Source: an uncultured archaeon (GTDB taxonomy: Archaea; Asgardarchaeota; Hermodarchaeia; Hermodarchaeales; Hermodarchaeaceae). From it: DNA of 64,000 nucleotides. Positions 29,308-37,528 of the stretch are shown here, in pieces. Location: assembly GCA_964347045.1 (NCBI GenBank), contig CAYFXC010000001.1, positions 128,001-192,000 of the forward strand, in the 5' to 3' direction. The notes beneath the pieces are model-generated. The model ran no database searches and was not told the origin of the DNA. It was given only the letters and a program-made list of their open reading frames with translations. Positions within the stretch are counted from its first letter, which is position 1. Every line of letters begins with the position of its first letter. A program made the translations under genes and the position numbers.

Positions 29308-29760
29308 ATGGTAGATGAAGTGGATTTACAGATTCTCCAAGTTCTTCAATCAAACTCAAGAATATCGTTCTCCGAGCTGGGTCGTAGTGTCGGTCTAAGT
29401 GCCACTGCTGCACGGAACAGAATTAATAGTTTAGTCTCACGAGGAATAATAACAAAGCTTGGAGCTGAATTAGATTGGGGAAAAATTGGATGGCCTATCC
29501 AATCCCTTTTGCTCATCCGCACTGAGCACGGCAAAGCTGAAGCGGTAACAAAACAACTTCATAAAATCCCCCAGATTCTGTCCATTACAAAAACCGCTGG
29601 AAATGTTGATTTAGTAGTTCGATTACTTGCAGGCGGTATTTCTGATTTTACCACGATCTTACACAAATCATTATCCAAAATTCCTGGGATCACCAGCATA
29701 AACACCTTAATGGTACTCGATGAAGTGAATAATGCTCCTCCTCTCCCTTCTGAAATATAA
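29308..29760 (+). CDS. Lrp/AsnC family transcriptional regulator
   Basis: DEVDLQILQVLQSNSRISFSELGRSVGLS; RAM domain. Confidence 0.93.
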   Translation: MVDEVDLQILQVLQSNSRISFSELGRSVGLSATAARNRINSLVSRGIITKLGAELDWGKIGWPIQSLLLIRTEHGKAEAVTKQLHKIPQILSITKTAGNVDLVVRLLAGGISDFTTILHKSLSKIPGITSINTLMVLDEVNNAPPLPSEI

Positions 29761-29764
29761 TAAT

Positions 29765-30415
29765 CTAGAACTTGCGTTCTACGATTTTACCCTTGGGCAT
29801 TGTTTCTGAGAAAATTTGCGCTTGGAATTTCAAAATTTTTACATCTGAATCCAGAAAACAATCAGGTGGTAATCCCGCTTTTTGACAACAACCTTGTAAA
29901 AATTCTTCAGCCTTCCAACCTTGTTCTGGAGCCACTTGTGGGAGAAGAAGTCCACGATGCCACCCTTTCCCTTGAACAATTACTCCATCTCTACCAACAT
30001 TAATCTGCTCATGAAGATCCAATCTATTCTCAACAATAATCTCCTCGGGTAAGGTAAGGACACTGACTTCCACAAGGATTGATTCGAGTTCATCAACCTG
30101 CACTGGAGGAAATCGAGGATCATCGAGAGCCGAACTTAATGCCGCTTGACGAGTCGCTTCCAGAAGTGGTATTGGTTTATGGTGACTGTTTGGTCCCGGT
30201 TGTAAATGACCAATGCAACCTCGCAACCGCCATTTTGGCTCTTCAAGGGAATGACTTGCTTTCAACGTTACAAATACACCACGACGTTCTAGCAAAGTTT
30301 CAGAAGGGTGTTCAGGAAAGGCTAGTTTTTTCTTATCATGGAGAAATCTCTCGATTGTTTGTCGAGCAAATTGGGTGAGAGTAATTCCATCTTTAAGTGA
30401 TAATAGTTTGGACAT
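29765..30415 (-). CDS. AMMECR1 family protein (AmmeMemoRadiSam protein A)
   Basis: RGVFVTL, LRGCIG, DPRFPPV, EVSVLT, GLLLPQV, CQKAG. Confidence 0.94.
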   Translation of the reverse strand: MSKLLSLKDGITLTQFARQTIERFLHDKKKLAFPEHPSETLLERRGVFVTLKASHSLEEPKWRLRGCIGHLQPGPNSHHKPIPLLEATRQAALSSALDDPRFPPVQVDELESILVEVSVLTLPEEIIVENRLDLHEQINVGRDGVIVQGKGWHRGLLLPQVAPEQGWKAEEFLQGCCQKAGLPPDCFLDSDVKILKFQAQIFSETMPKGKIVERKF

Positions 30416-30434
30416 TCGTTCGTCTCCTAAATGC

Positions 30435-31244
30435 TCATGATTTTTTGTCTGGCATAAAATGATTTGCAACTAAATTCACAAGATTCCGCCTTATGAGGAT
30501 GTTTTCCATAGTTGTCTTTTTCATTACAGGCAAAAGGTGTTGGTGCTCTCGGAGAAGTAATTCTGCAGCTTTCCCAACTTCCATGTCAGGTGTTGTTGTC
30601 AACTCCGTAGTGGTTAATATGTTTGACACAAGGAAATCTCGTAAACGTGTACTTTGGTATTTCGCTGGGGTTTCTCGACGAAAGGCTGCAAAGCCAAGTG
30701 CTAGCCGTTTCTTTGTAACCAATCCAATAATCTTTCCTTCGTCAAAAACAGGTAGTCCTGGCATTTTTTCAGCTAAGAGCAATTGCCTAGCATGAACTAC
30801 ACGATCAGTGAGACGAACACTAATCGGTTTTTCTAAATGCAGATCGCGAACATAGTGGTTGTCTATATCTAAACATTGGCGTACAAAATGTGTATTAGTA
30901 ATTATCCCTACAATTTCTTCATCTTTCACAACGGGTAAAGCGCGCTCTTGACGTTGAAGGAGTAATTTTGCAGCCTCAAAAATATCTGTTGATGGTTGAA
31001 CGGTTTGGGGATTTAATTCCATAACTGAACTAGCGTAAATGCTAGCTGGCGATAATTTTCCAGCACGAGCTGAACCTAATCGGTCAACAAGATCCAGTTC
31101 TGTAATTAATCCCATTAAGCGATTACCATCCGTTACAGGAATTGCAGAGATACCCATCTTTGCCATGATATCTAAAACGACAGGTATTGCTTGGTCTTTA
31201 TCGATGGTCTTTACTGGACTAGCCATGATTTTCTGTACTTGCAC
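30435..31244 (-). CDS. CBS domain protein (4 CBS)
   Basis: Repeated IM..PV/LPV..G++T CBS signatures. Confidence 0.9.
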   Translation of the reverse strand: MQVQKIMASPVKTIDKDQAIPVVLDIMAKMGISAIPVTDGNRLMGLITELDLVDRLGSARAGKLSPASIYASSVMELNPQTVQPSTDIFEAAKLLLQRQERALPVVKDEEIVGIITNTHFVRQCLDIDNHYVRDLHLEKPISVRLTDRVVHARQLLLAEKMPGLPVFDEGKIIGLVTKKRLALGFAAFRRETPAKYQSTRLRDFLVSNILTTTELTTTPDMEVGKAAELLLREHQHLLPVMKKTTMENILIRRNLVNLVANHFMPDKKS

Positions 31245-31330
31245 CTACCTCACCTCGATATACATTATTTGCTAATTGACTTCAAAATACTTTGGCTCTT
31301 ACCTCTCCGCTTGTCAAAATAAATTATTAA

Positions 31331-33337
31331 TTACTTTACAAAATCGACAGAACCTGGTGGTAATACCGCAATGATTTCATCAACGCTCAAGACATGAACC
31401 TGCTTTTTTAGTTCTTCTGAAACTTGGTCAGCAAATTGCTTGCGTATCTGCTTTGCAGCATCTGAAACTTTTATTTTTCCTGGAATAAGCAACGCATAAA
31501 TCTTAGTTTTCAACTTAATTGCTTCTTCAGGTCCTGCAATGATAATCGGAAATCCCTCTTCAACAATCAATCCTAATGCTATACGCACAGGCGCATTACG
31601 AACATAGTTTCTTTCACCTCTCACCATAACAGCTCCTTTTGGAAGAAATTCTCCTGATGGTGCGCTCAACGAAACTTGATCACTATTTACCCAATAAGTA
31701 TCTGCGGCACTCCACCCCGCCTTCCATGCACGCGAATAACTTACAGCAAATGTTGCTATTTCGAGCAGCTCTTGGTCAGTAACCTCTTGGCCCTCCGTTT
31801 TTGCTACTACGACAGGAGCGCCAGCGAAATCAGCGTGGAAAAACAAATCCAGTTCTTCAAGATATTTACGGATTAATTGCTGATTACTGCTAGCATCGCG
31901 GCCTCCTAACACCAACATGTCATTCGAAGTTCGAAACCACCGAAATTTCTCAAACCATCGCTTTTTTCGACGGGTAACAAGTTTCTCAGACTCCATTAGA
32001 ATTAACTCATCATCTCTTTTTTCTAGTAGTTTGGCGATCTTGGTGTCTGTGTCTTTTATAGCAATTAACGCGCCTTTCACCTTTTTTTCTAGCTGTTTGC
32101 TTCGTTGAAATAATTGGTTCGCATTATCTGTCGCTGATAATCGAACATCTAAGGTTAACATCAATTTATCCAACTTAATATGGACACGCCCTGCATGCTG
32201 ATCAATTTTTAAAAAAATCATAGCAGCTGGAATTTCTTTTCGTTTACCTTCTTCAAGGCGATTAGTAATTTCGTTCCAAGATAGACCTTGTTGGCGCGCA
32301 TCTTGGATAGTTGAGAGAAGCTCTCCGACAACATCGAGATATTGATAAATTGCATTGGCAGCCTCGCGACTTTGTGCTGCACGGGTTTGCATAGTGTCCA
32401 GATGTTCTTTCTGCTGTTCTCGTAAACGATGAAGTTTTGCGAGATTACTTTGATATTTGTCCTCAACCTCATCAATGGCTGCTTCCTCTATTCGTGTCGA
32501 ATAGAAGCTATCCAGCGCCTCGTTGAATGTTGAAAATTTCTTCACTGTTGCATCGGGGTAAAGGGAACTTTTTGTGGGAATTACCCTAAAGGGGTCTTCA
32601 TTTTCATTGAGAATAATCTGAGGGCTCAGTGGTTCCTTTTCAAGAGTTTGAAAATACTTCAGCAAACCCTTATGAAGCTTTTTTTTCTGATTGGTGGAGA
32701 GCTCCGAGGCTATGAATGTAGGTTTCAGGTTCACAGTCGCAAGTATTTCTTCTGCGGTCGTTCCACTCATGTTCAAGTTTCGTGCAATTGTTCGAATCAA
32801 CTCATGAGTTGATTCATCAAGAATTTTGATTAGGCTCTCCAAAGAAACTTCGCGGGGGTCTACAGCTCTTAGTGGTGGGAACTTAAACGGTGCTCCCCGA
32901 ACGATATCACGATCTCTCATTCGTCGAAACGTCATAGCTGAAACAATTCTATTCTTCGGGTCAAGTAGAATAGCATTTCCACCACCAAATAGTTCTATCA
33001 CTAAGGTAAATTGCTTCTCAGGAGGTCCAGCTCGAAGATATACTACCCGATCAAAATCGTGTTGTTGAATATCCGTCACTTTATGATTGCGTAGTTGTTT
33101 TCTTAAAGCCTTACAAAAAGCTCGGAGTTTGGCTCCTCGCTCATAGGAAAATGACGTAAGATGCATCCGTTTTCCTGGCTCAATTAATAGCCAAATCTTA
33201 TTTGGTGAATCAGAACTGAATTTAAAAAGCAATGTACCGTTAAGTTGATAAACATTCAGAATCCATCTCCCGATTAATATATCCTTGATTTCACGTAACA
33301 TGACTAATATATCGGAAGCTGACATTCCAGAACTCAC
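31331..33337 (-). CDS. rqcH: Ribosome rescue factor RqcH (NFACT/NEMF homolog)
   Basis: FDRVV, IELFGGGN, WFEKFRWF, GGRDASSN, FFHAD, SRAW, GEFLPKGA. Confidence 0.94.
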   Translation of the reverse strand: MSSGMSASDILVMLREIKDILIGRWILNVYQLNGTLLFKFSSDSPNKIWLLIEPGKRMHLTSFSYERGAKLRAFCKALRKQLRNHKVTDIQQHDFDRVVYLRAGPPEKQFTLVIELFGGGNAILLDPKNRIVSAMTFRRMRDRDIVRGAPFKFPPLRAVDPREVSLESLIKILDESTHELIRTIARNLNMSGTTAEEILATVNLKPTFIASELSTNQKKKLHKGLLKYFQTLEKEPLSPQIILNENEDPFRVIPTKSSLYPDATVKKFSTFNEALDSFYSTRIEEAAIDEVEDKYQSNLAKLHRLREQQKEHLDTMQTRAAQSREAANAIYQYLDVVGELLSTIQDARQQGLSWNEITNRLEEGKRKEIPAAMIFLKIDQHAGRVHIKLDKLMLTLDVRLSATDNANQLFQRSKQLEKKVKGALIAIKDTDTKIAKLLEKRDDELILMESEKLVTRRKKRWFEKFRWFRTSNDMLVLGGRDASSNQQLIRKYLEELDLFFHADFAGAPVVVAKTEGQEVTDQELLEIATFAVSYSRAWKAGWSAADTYWVNSDQVSLSAPSGEFLPKGAVMVRGERNYVRNAPVRIALGLIVEEGFPIIIAGPEEAIKLKTKIYALLIPGKIKVSDAAKQIRKQFADQVSEELKKQVHVLSVDEIIAVLPPGSVDFVK

Positions 33338-33349
33338 GGAGGTTCACCT
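33338..33349. promoter_or_regulatory. Back-to-back Shine-Dalgarno sequences of divergent genes
   Basis: GGAGGT (+, 33338-33343) and AGGTGA (-, 33344-33349), each 6 nt from its start codon. Confidence 0.65.
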
Positions 33350-33706
33350 TTGTCTAAGAAATCGTTACCTGAAGAATCATTGCCATGGAATCAACTTTGG
33401 CGTCATCGAGTTACTCCTGAAGATTTAATCTACTTCACAAGACTTATCTTCGCACTTATTTCAGCAGCAATTGCCTTAGCCTTTAACCTTTCGGGTCCCC
33501 TCGGCCTGGTGGGATTTATTCTAGGGATAGTTTTAGTTGTTGTATCTTACTTCATTCCAATCTATGTCCTAGGCGTTAATCCTCAAGAAGTGGGGGGGAA
33601 CGCTAAAGGACTTATGAAGGGATTAGGCACGGGAGTTCTAATTTTCATTGTAATTTGGTTCGCAGTGTTTAATTTCGTTTACTATTACTCGGCTTTGCCT
33701 CCCTGA
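33350..33706 (+). CDS. EMC6/Rab5ip-like three-TM membrane protein
   Basis: IYFTRLIFALISA..L.G..G+ / KGLGTGVLIFIVIWFAVFNF matches the EMC6 pattern (Y.R...SG...GL.G..GF / GL.TY++FW.+.Y). Confidence 0.72.
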   Translation: MSKKSLPEESLPWNQLWRHRVTPEDLIYFTRLIFALISAAIALAFNLSGPLGLVGFILGIVLVVVSYFIPIYVLGVNPQEVGGNAKGLMKGLGTGVLIFIVIWFAVFNFVYYYSALPP

Positions 33707-33810
33707 ATTCCATTAAGGATTTCGCTTAAAAACCGTTCAATCTTTGAGGAAACCTTAATAGGTAACCTTCCCTATTTTCGTTTTAGACATTTTTTCATCG
33801 AGGGAGTTTA

Positions 33811-34338
33811 GTGAAACTTGATGATAAGGATCTGCATATTCTCTCATTGCTCCATAAGGATGGACGAGCGAAGTATACACAAATCGCAAGAACATTATCG
33901 AAAGCGATGAATCAAAACATCCCGGATACAACAATTTTGTTCCGAATTAGGAAACTTCAACAAGCCGGGGTGATTAAACGATTTACAGTGAGCATTGATC
34001 AAGAGATGCTTGGGTATACCGTCTCTGGTGTAATGTTTATTGAAATTGGTGGCCATATCCTTCGCGATATTACGATAGAACACACTCAGAAAATTAAGAC
34101 AGAACTTGAAAGCCGATCTAATGTCATTTTTCTTGCATTGAATGAGACTGAAACTGGCATTTTTGCATTTATTCTCGGTAAACAGACAACGGATCTTGAA
34201 GAGATTTTCAACAAATTAAAAGACAACCCCGATGTTGTTGATGCGAGATTGTGGTTTCTGAAGCAACCAACGAAGGGTGATAGCCTAATAGGAACGAGCT
34301 TACCTATCACCGAAAAGGAGGAAAATGATGATGTCTGA
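33811..34338 (+). CDS. Lrp/AsnC family transcriptional regulator
   Basis: LDDKDLHILSLLHKDGRAKYTQIAR..TTILFRIRKLQQAGVIKRF. Confidence 0.88.
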   Translation: MKLDDKDLHILSLLHKDGRAKYTQIARTLSKAMNQNIPDTTILFRIRKLQQAGVIKRFTVSIDQEMLGYTVSGVMFIEIGGHILRDITIEHTQKIKTELESRSNVIFLALNETETGIFAFILGKQTTDLEEIFNKLKDNPDVVDARLWFLKQPTKGDSLIGTSLPITEKEENDDV

Positions 34339-35068
34339 GACATCTGAACGAGTTAAGACGGGAATTCCTGGGTTAGACGGGATTCTTCATGGAGGGTTTA
34401 TACCTGGAAGCAATGTGCTTGTCTCTGGTGGGGCAGGTACAGGAAAAACTATCTTTTGTATGCAATTTATCTATTCAGGAGCGATGAAATACGGTGACAA
34501 CGGTGTGTTTGTCACTTTAGAAGAGCGACCAAAGGAGTTGCGTCATGAAGCATCGCGTTTTGGATGGAATTTTGAAAAATTGCAAGAAGAAGAAAAACTC
34601 ATCATCGTTGATGCAGCTTCTAGTAAAGCTGGATTACCGACAACAGAGCCTCATGCAATACGCACGGGGCTTGATATCAATGCTCTTGCACAGGAAATCT
34701 ATCGTGTCACAAAACGAATAAATGCGCGACGTATTGTCATTGATTCTGTATCCGGTCTTGGCATACGCTTTGAAGGAATAGCCGCAGTACGAAATGCCAT
34801 ATTCAAACTATCGAGCTTATTACGTGAACTTGGAGCAACATCAATTATGACTTCGGAGGTAGCCGAAGGGTCAACTGGGTTTAGCCGGTATGGAGTAGAG
34901 GAATTTATCGCTCAAGGGCTGGTCATTCTTTCACTCACTGAACAAGATCGTGAACTTCGACGAAGTCTTGTGGTTCGCAAGATGCGTCAAACTGGTCACA
35001 GTCTAAAACGATTTCCCTTTGAAATTAGCAGTTCTGGGCTAGTCGTCATGCCTGGTGGCGAACTTTAA
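34331..35068 (+). CDS. KaiC/RAD55-like single-domain RecA-superfamily ATPase
   Basis: RVKTGIPGLD, GGAGTGKT, TLEE, IVIDS, RKMRQTGHS. Confidence 0.92.
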   Translation: MSETSERVKTGIPGLDGILHGGFIPGSNVLVSGGAGTGKTIFCMQFIYSGAMKYGDNGVFVTLEERPKELRHEASRFGWNFEKLQEEEKLIIVDAASSKAGLPTTEPHAIRTGLDINALAQEIYRVTKRINARRIVIDSVSGLGIRFEGIAAVRNAIFKLSSLLRELGATSIMTSEVAEGSTGFSRYGVEEFIAQGLVILSLTEQDRELRRSLVVRKMRQTGHSLKRFPFEISSSGLVVMPGGEL

Positions 35069-35081
35069 ATCTTAGCGGAAT

Positions 35082-35663
35082 TTACTGCAACAATCCTATT
35101 AGTATTAACAAGAGCATGTAAATGATGAACAAATAGACAATCAGGGGAACATCAACCTCTTTCCATTCATTACTTTGTGATGGTAGAATAACTAAGGTTC
35201 TAGTTAACCAATAGAATTTCTTTTCTGGCTTTTGCATAGGATCTTGATTTTTTGAGTTTCTTTTCCAGACTAATAGGTTTCCTAACAGAAGCCTCAGGCT
35301 ATGAAATCCCACCAATAAGAACGCCCCAATTAACACCGTGACTGGTGCAAGTGCTAGCCAAAGTGGTTCTAATTTTATCCAGGGATAGATCAACGAGATT
35401 AAAAGAACTGCTTTCCCATCCGCACCGCCAAGAACTCCTAGTTGGAATCCACCTATAACTAGAACAAATACTAACAACACTTGCAAACTATACAAAAACC
35501 ACAGCCCTACAATTACTACACGAAAAAGGGTGAGAGGCAGAACAAATATTCCAACTATCCAAACCCCATTGGACACTTCTTTTCTCTGATAGTCTCTAAT
35601 TGCTGCGTACAGCAAAAGAAGAAAGATGAAGACTGTTGTTACAATTCCGAGTAGAATGTCCAC
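35082..35663 (-). CDS. A24 family prepilin/preflagellin peptidase (PibD/FlaK-like)
   Basis: AIRDYQRKEVSN (first Asp), LGGADGK (GxxD), multiple TM. Confidence 0.85.
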   Translation of the reverse strand: MDILLGIVTTVFIFLLLLYAAIRDYQRKEVSNGVWIVGIFVLPLTLFRVVIVGLWFLYSLQVLLVFVLVIGGFQLGVLGGADGKAVLLISLIYPWIKLEPLWLALAPVTVLIGAFLLVGFHSLRLLLGNLLVWKRNSKNQDPMQKPEKKFYWLTRTLVILPSQSNEWKEVDVPLIVYLFIIYMLLLILIGLLQ

Positions 35664-35723
35664 TAAATACCCTCAAGTATACAATTACTTATTCACCTTA
35701 TAGAGTCCACAGAAATTAATGGA

Positions 35724-35984
35724 TTATTCAGCGGTGATGCTTCTTCGTAGAAACCGAAAATAGAAGTAGAAACCTAAGAGAATTAGCGCGACTATTTGAG
35801 CCACTAAACCTATTGTGAGTAAGAGCAGTCCTCCACCAACTACTCCTGAGGCTTTACCAATAAATACGACCCCGATACCGCTAAATAAGAGAATAAAAAT
35901 AAAAACTGCCTCAATAAGAGTCCCAAAACGGCTGAGTAATGTTCGAATACGCGAACTATCAGTTGACAAGTTTTTTAACACCAT
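35724..35984 (-). CDS. Small 2-TM membrane protein
   Basis: Two hydrophobic segments with basic C-tail. Confidence 0.6.
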   Translation of the reverse strand: MVLKNLSTDSSRIRTLLSRFGTLIEAVFIFILLFSGIGVVFIGKASGVVGGGLLLLTIGLVAQIVALILLGFYFYFRFLRRSITAE

Positions 35985-36096
35985 ATATTCGGGAATTTAT
36001 TTTTTAATTGGAGGAGTTGAGCAGTATTCAGATTAGCATATAAATGTACGCCAAGCGGCTAGACATTGTTCGGTTCTAGACAAGGCTACTTGAGGA

Positions 36097-36378
36097 TTAC
36101 TTCACGGCATTAATTATGACTTGTTTAACAGCAGGTTCGCATACCTTACGAACACCATGCTCGCCTGGTTCATAGTGACTTTTGATAAGTCCTGCTTGTT
36201 CAAGAATTTTAACCTGTGCGCTGATATTTGCTTCAGTCTGTTTAAGCGCTTTCGCGATTCGGCTGACATCCATACTCTTGTCACGAAGAAGAGAAATGAT
36301 GTTCCACCTTGTTCTACTGGAGAGCGCCTTAGCCACACGCGGCACTTCTTCATCGGGTACTTCAAATCGTTCATTCAA
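36097..36378 (-). CDS. ArsR family HTH regulator
   Basis: AKALSSRTRWNII, ANISAQVKILEQAGLI, GVRKVC. Confidence 0.9.
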   Translation of the reverse strand: MNERFEVPDEEVPRVAKALSSRTRWNIISLLRDKSMDVSRIAKALKQTEANISAQVKILEQAGLIKSHYEPGEHGVRKVCEPAVKQVIINAVK

Positions 36379-36619
36379 TTTTATGGACTCCCGCCACAGC
36401 AGTACGATGAAACAGTAGGCAATTCATCGGCTCTCCCTAATATACGTTTCCCAATTTAATTAAGCGGAGAGCTATCTAAACATCTAATCACCAAATGGAA
36501 GCGTTCTTCATTAGATTCGGATGCGAATGATAGAGGCTCGTTAAAGTCGCCTGATAATTGAATCTTTAATCTGGTTGGATGTGCCCAATAGTTTTTTTCG
36601 GCACCAAATAATATTTAAA

Positions 36620-37528
36620 GTGATCAATGTGCATCGTCTAGCCAAAATTCTACCTGAAATTCAACCCGAAGAAATTCAAGTTCTTCAAACGCTCGAAGAA
36701 ACAGCTCACCGTTTTGAATACGTTCCACTCGATGAGGTCAAAAAACGAACCGACATTGATGCTGAAGATGTTTTATTTCTTCTGGGGCAACTAAATAAGA
36801 AAGGTTTAGTCCAAAGGAAAAAAGAACGCTATCTTGGCTATCGAATATCTCAAACAGGTTATGACGCTTTAGCACTCTATGATTTAGCCTTGAATGATGT
36901 CATTCTGTCCTTAGGACAACCTTATGGTGTCGGCAAAGAAGCGACGGTATATCGTGCTCTTGATGCAGAAAATAAAGAAGTTGCTGTTAAATTCCTCCGG
37001 TGGGGTCGAACAAGTTTTCGACGAGTTAGACGGCTTCGCACGTTGAAAGATGAGCCATTATACTCATGGATGGATTTCAGTAAGCGCGCGGCAAGCCGTG
37101 AGTTCACCGCGCTGCGAATATTGCAAAAGGTAGGAGGTAAAGTTCCTCATCCAAAGGAAGTCAACCGACATGTTATTGTGATGTCAAAAATGTCTGGTGA
37201 ACTTTTGTTGCACCTACTTGAATTAAGAAAGCCAGAAAAAGTATTTGAACAGATTATCCAACAAGTTCAGCTTGCATATCAAAAAGCAGAATTGATTCAT
37301 GGCGACCTTAGTGAATACAATGTGTTTGTTGATGACAAGGAGCAAATTACTCTCTTTGATTGGCCGCAATGGCAGCCTTTAACACATCCCAATGCTTTAT
37401 GGTTGCTGAAACGCGACATCACAAACGTTACAACGTTCTTTCAACGCAGATTCCGTATCCTAAGCGATGTTGACGAAATTCTGGCAAGAGTAACAGCTAG
37501 TCCAAAAGGGAAGAAAAAGAATGTCTGA
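36620..37528 (+). CDS. rio2: RIO2-type serine/threonine kinase
   Basis: N-terminal wHTH with GYDALAL; GVGKEATVY, HGDLSEYNV, FDWPQ. Confidence 0.93.
   Translation: MINVHRLAKILPEIQPEEIQVLQTLEETAHRFEYVPLDEVKKRTDIDAEDVLFLLGQLNKKGLVQRKKERYLGYRISQTGYDALALYDLALNDVILSLGQPYGVGKEATVYRALDAENKEVAVKFLRWGRTSFRRVRRLRTLKDEPLYSWMDFSKRAASREFTALRILQKVGGKVPHPKEVNRHVIVMSKMSGELLLHLLELRKPEKVFEQIIQQVQLAYQKAELIHGDLSEYNVFVDDKEQITLFDWPQWQPLTHPNALWLLKRDITNVTTFFQRRFRILSDVDEILARVTASPKGKKKNV

Noticed and set aside
36410-36495. Fluoride riboswitch-like GCCGATGA..GCCTAC on the minus strand
   Set aside because: Required 5' GGxGATG segment with pseudoknot complement is not present
36526-36556. Eukaryote-like SECIS (ATGA-N12-AAA...GA)
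   Set aside because: 3' arm too short to form the upper stem and no UGA-containing selenoprotein gene adjacent
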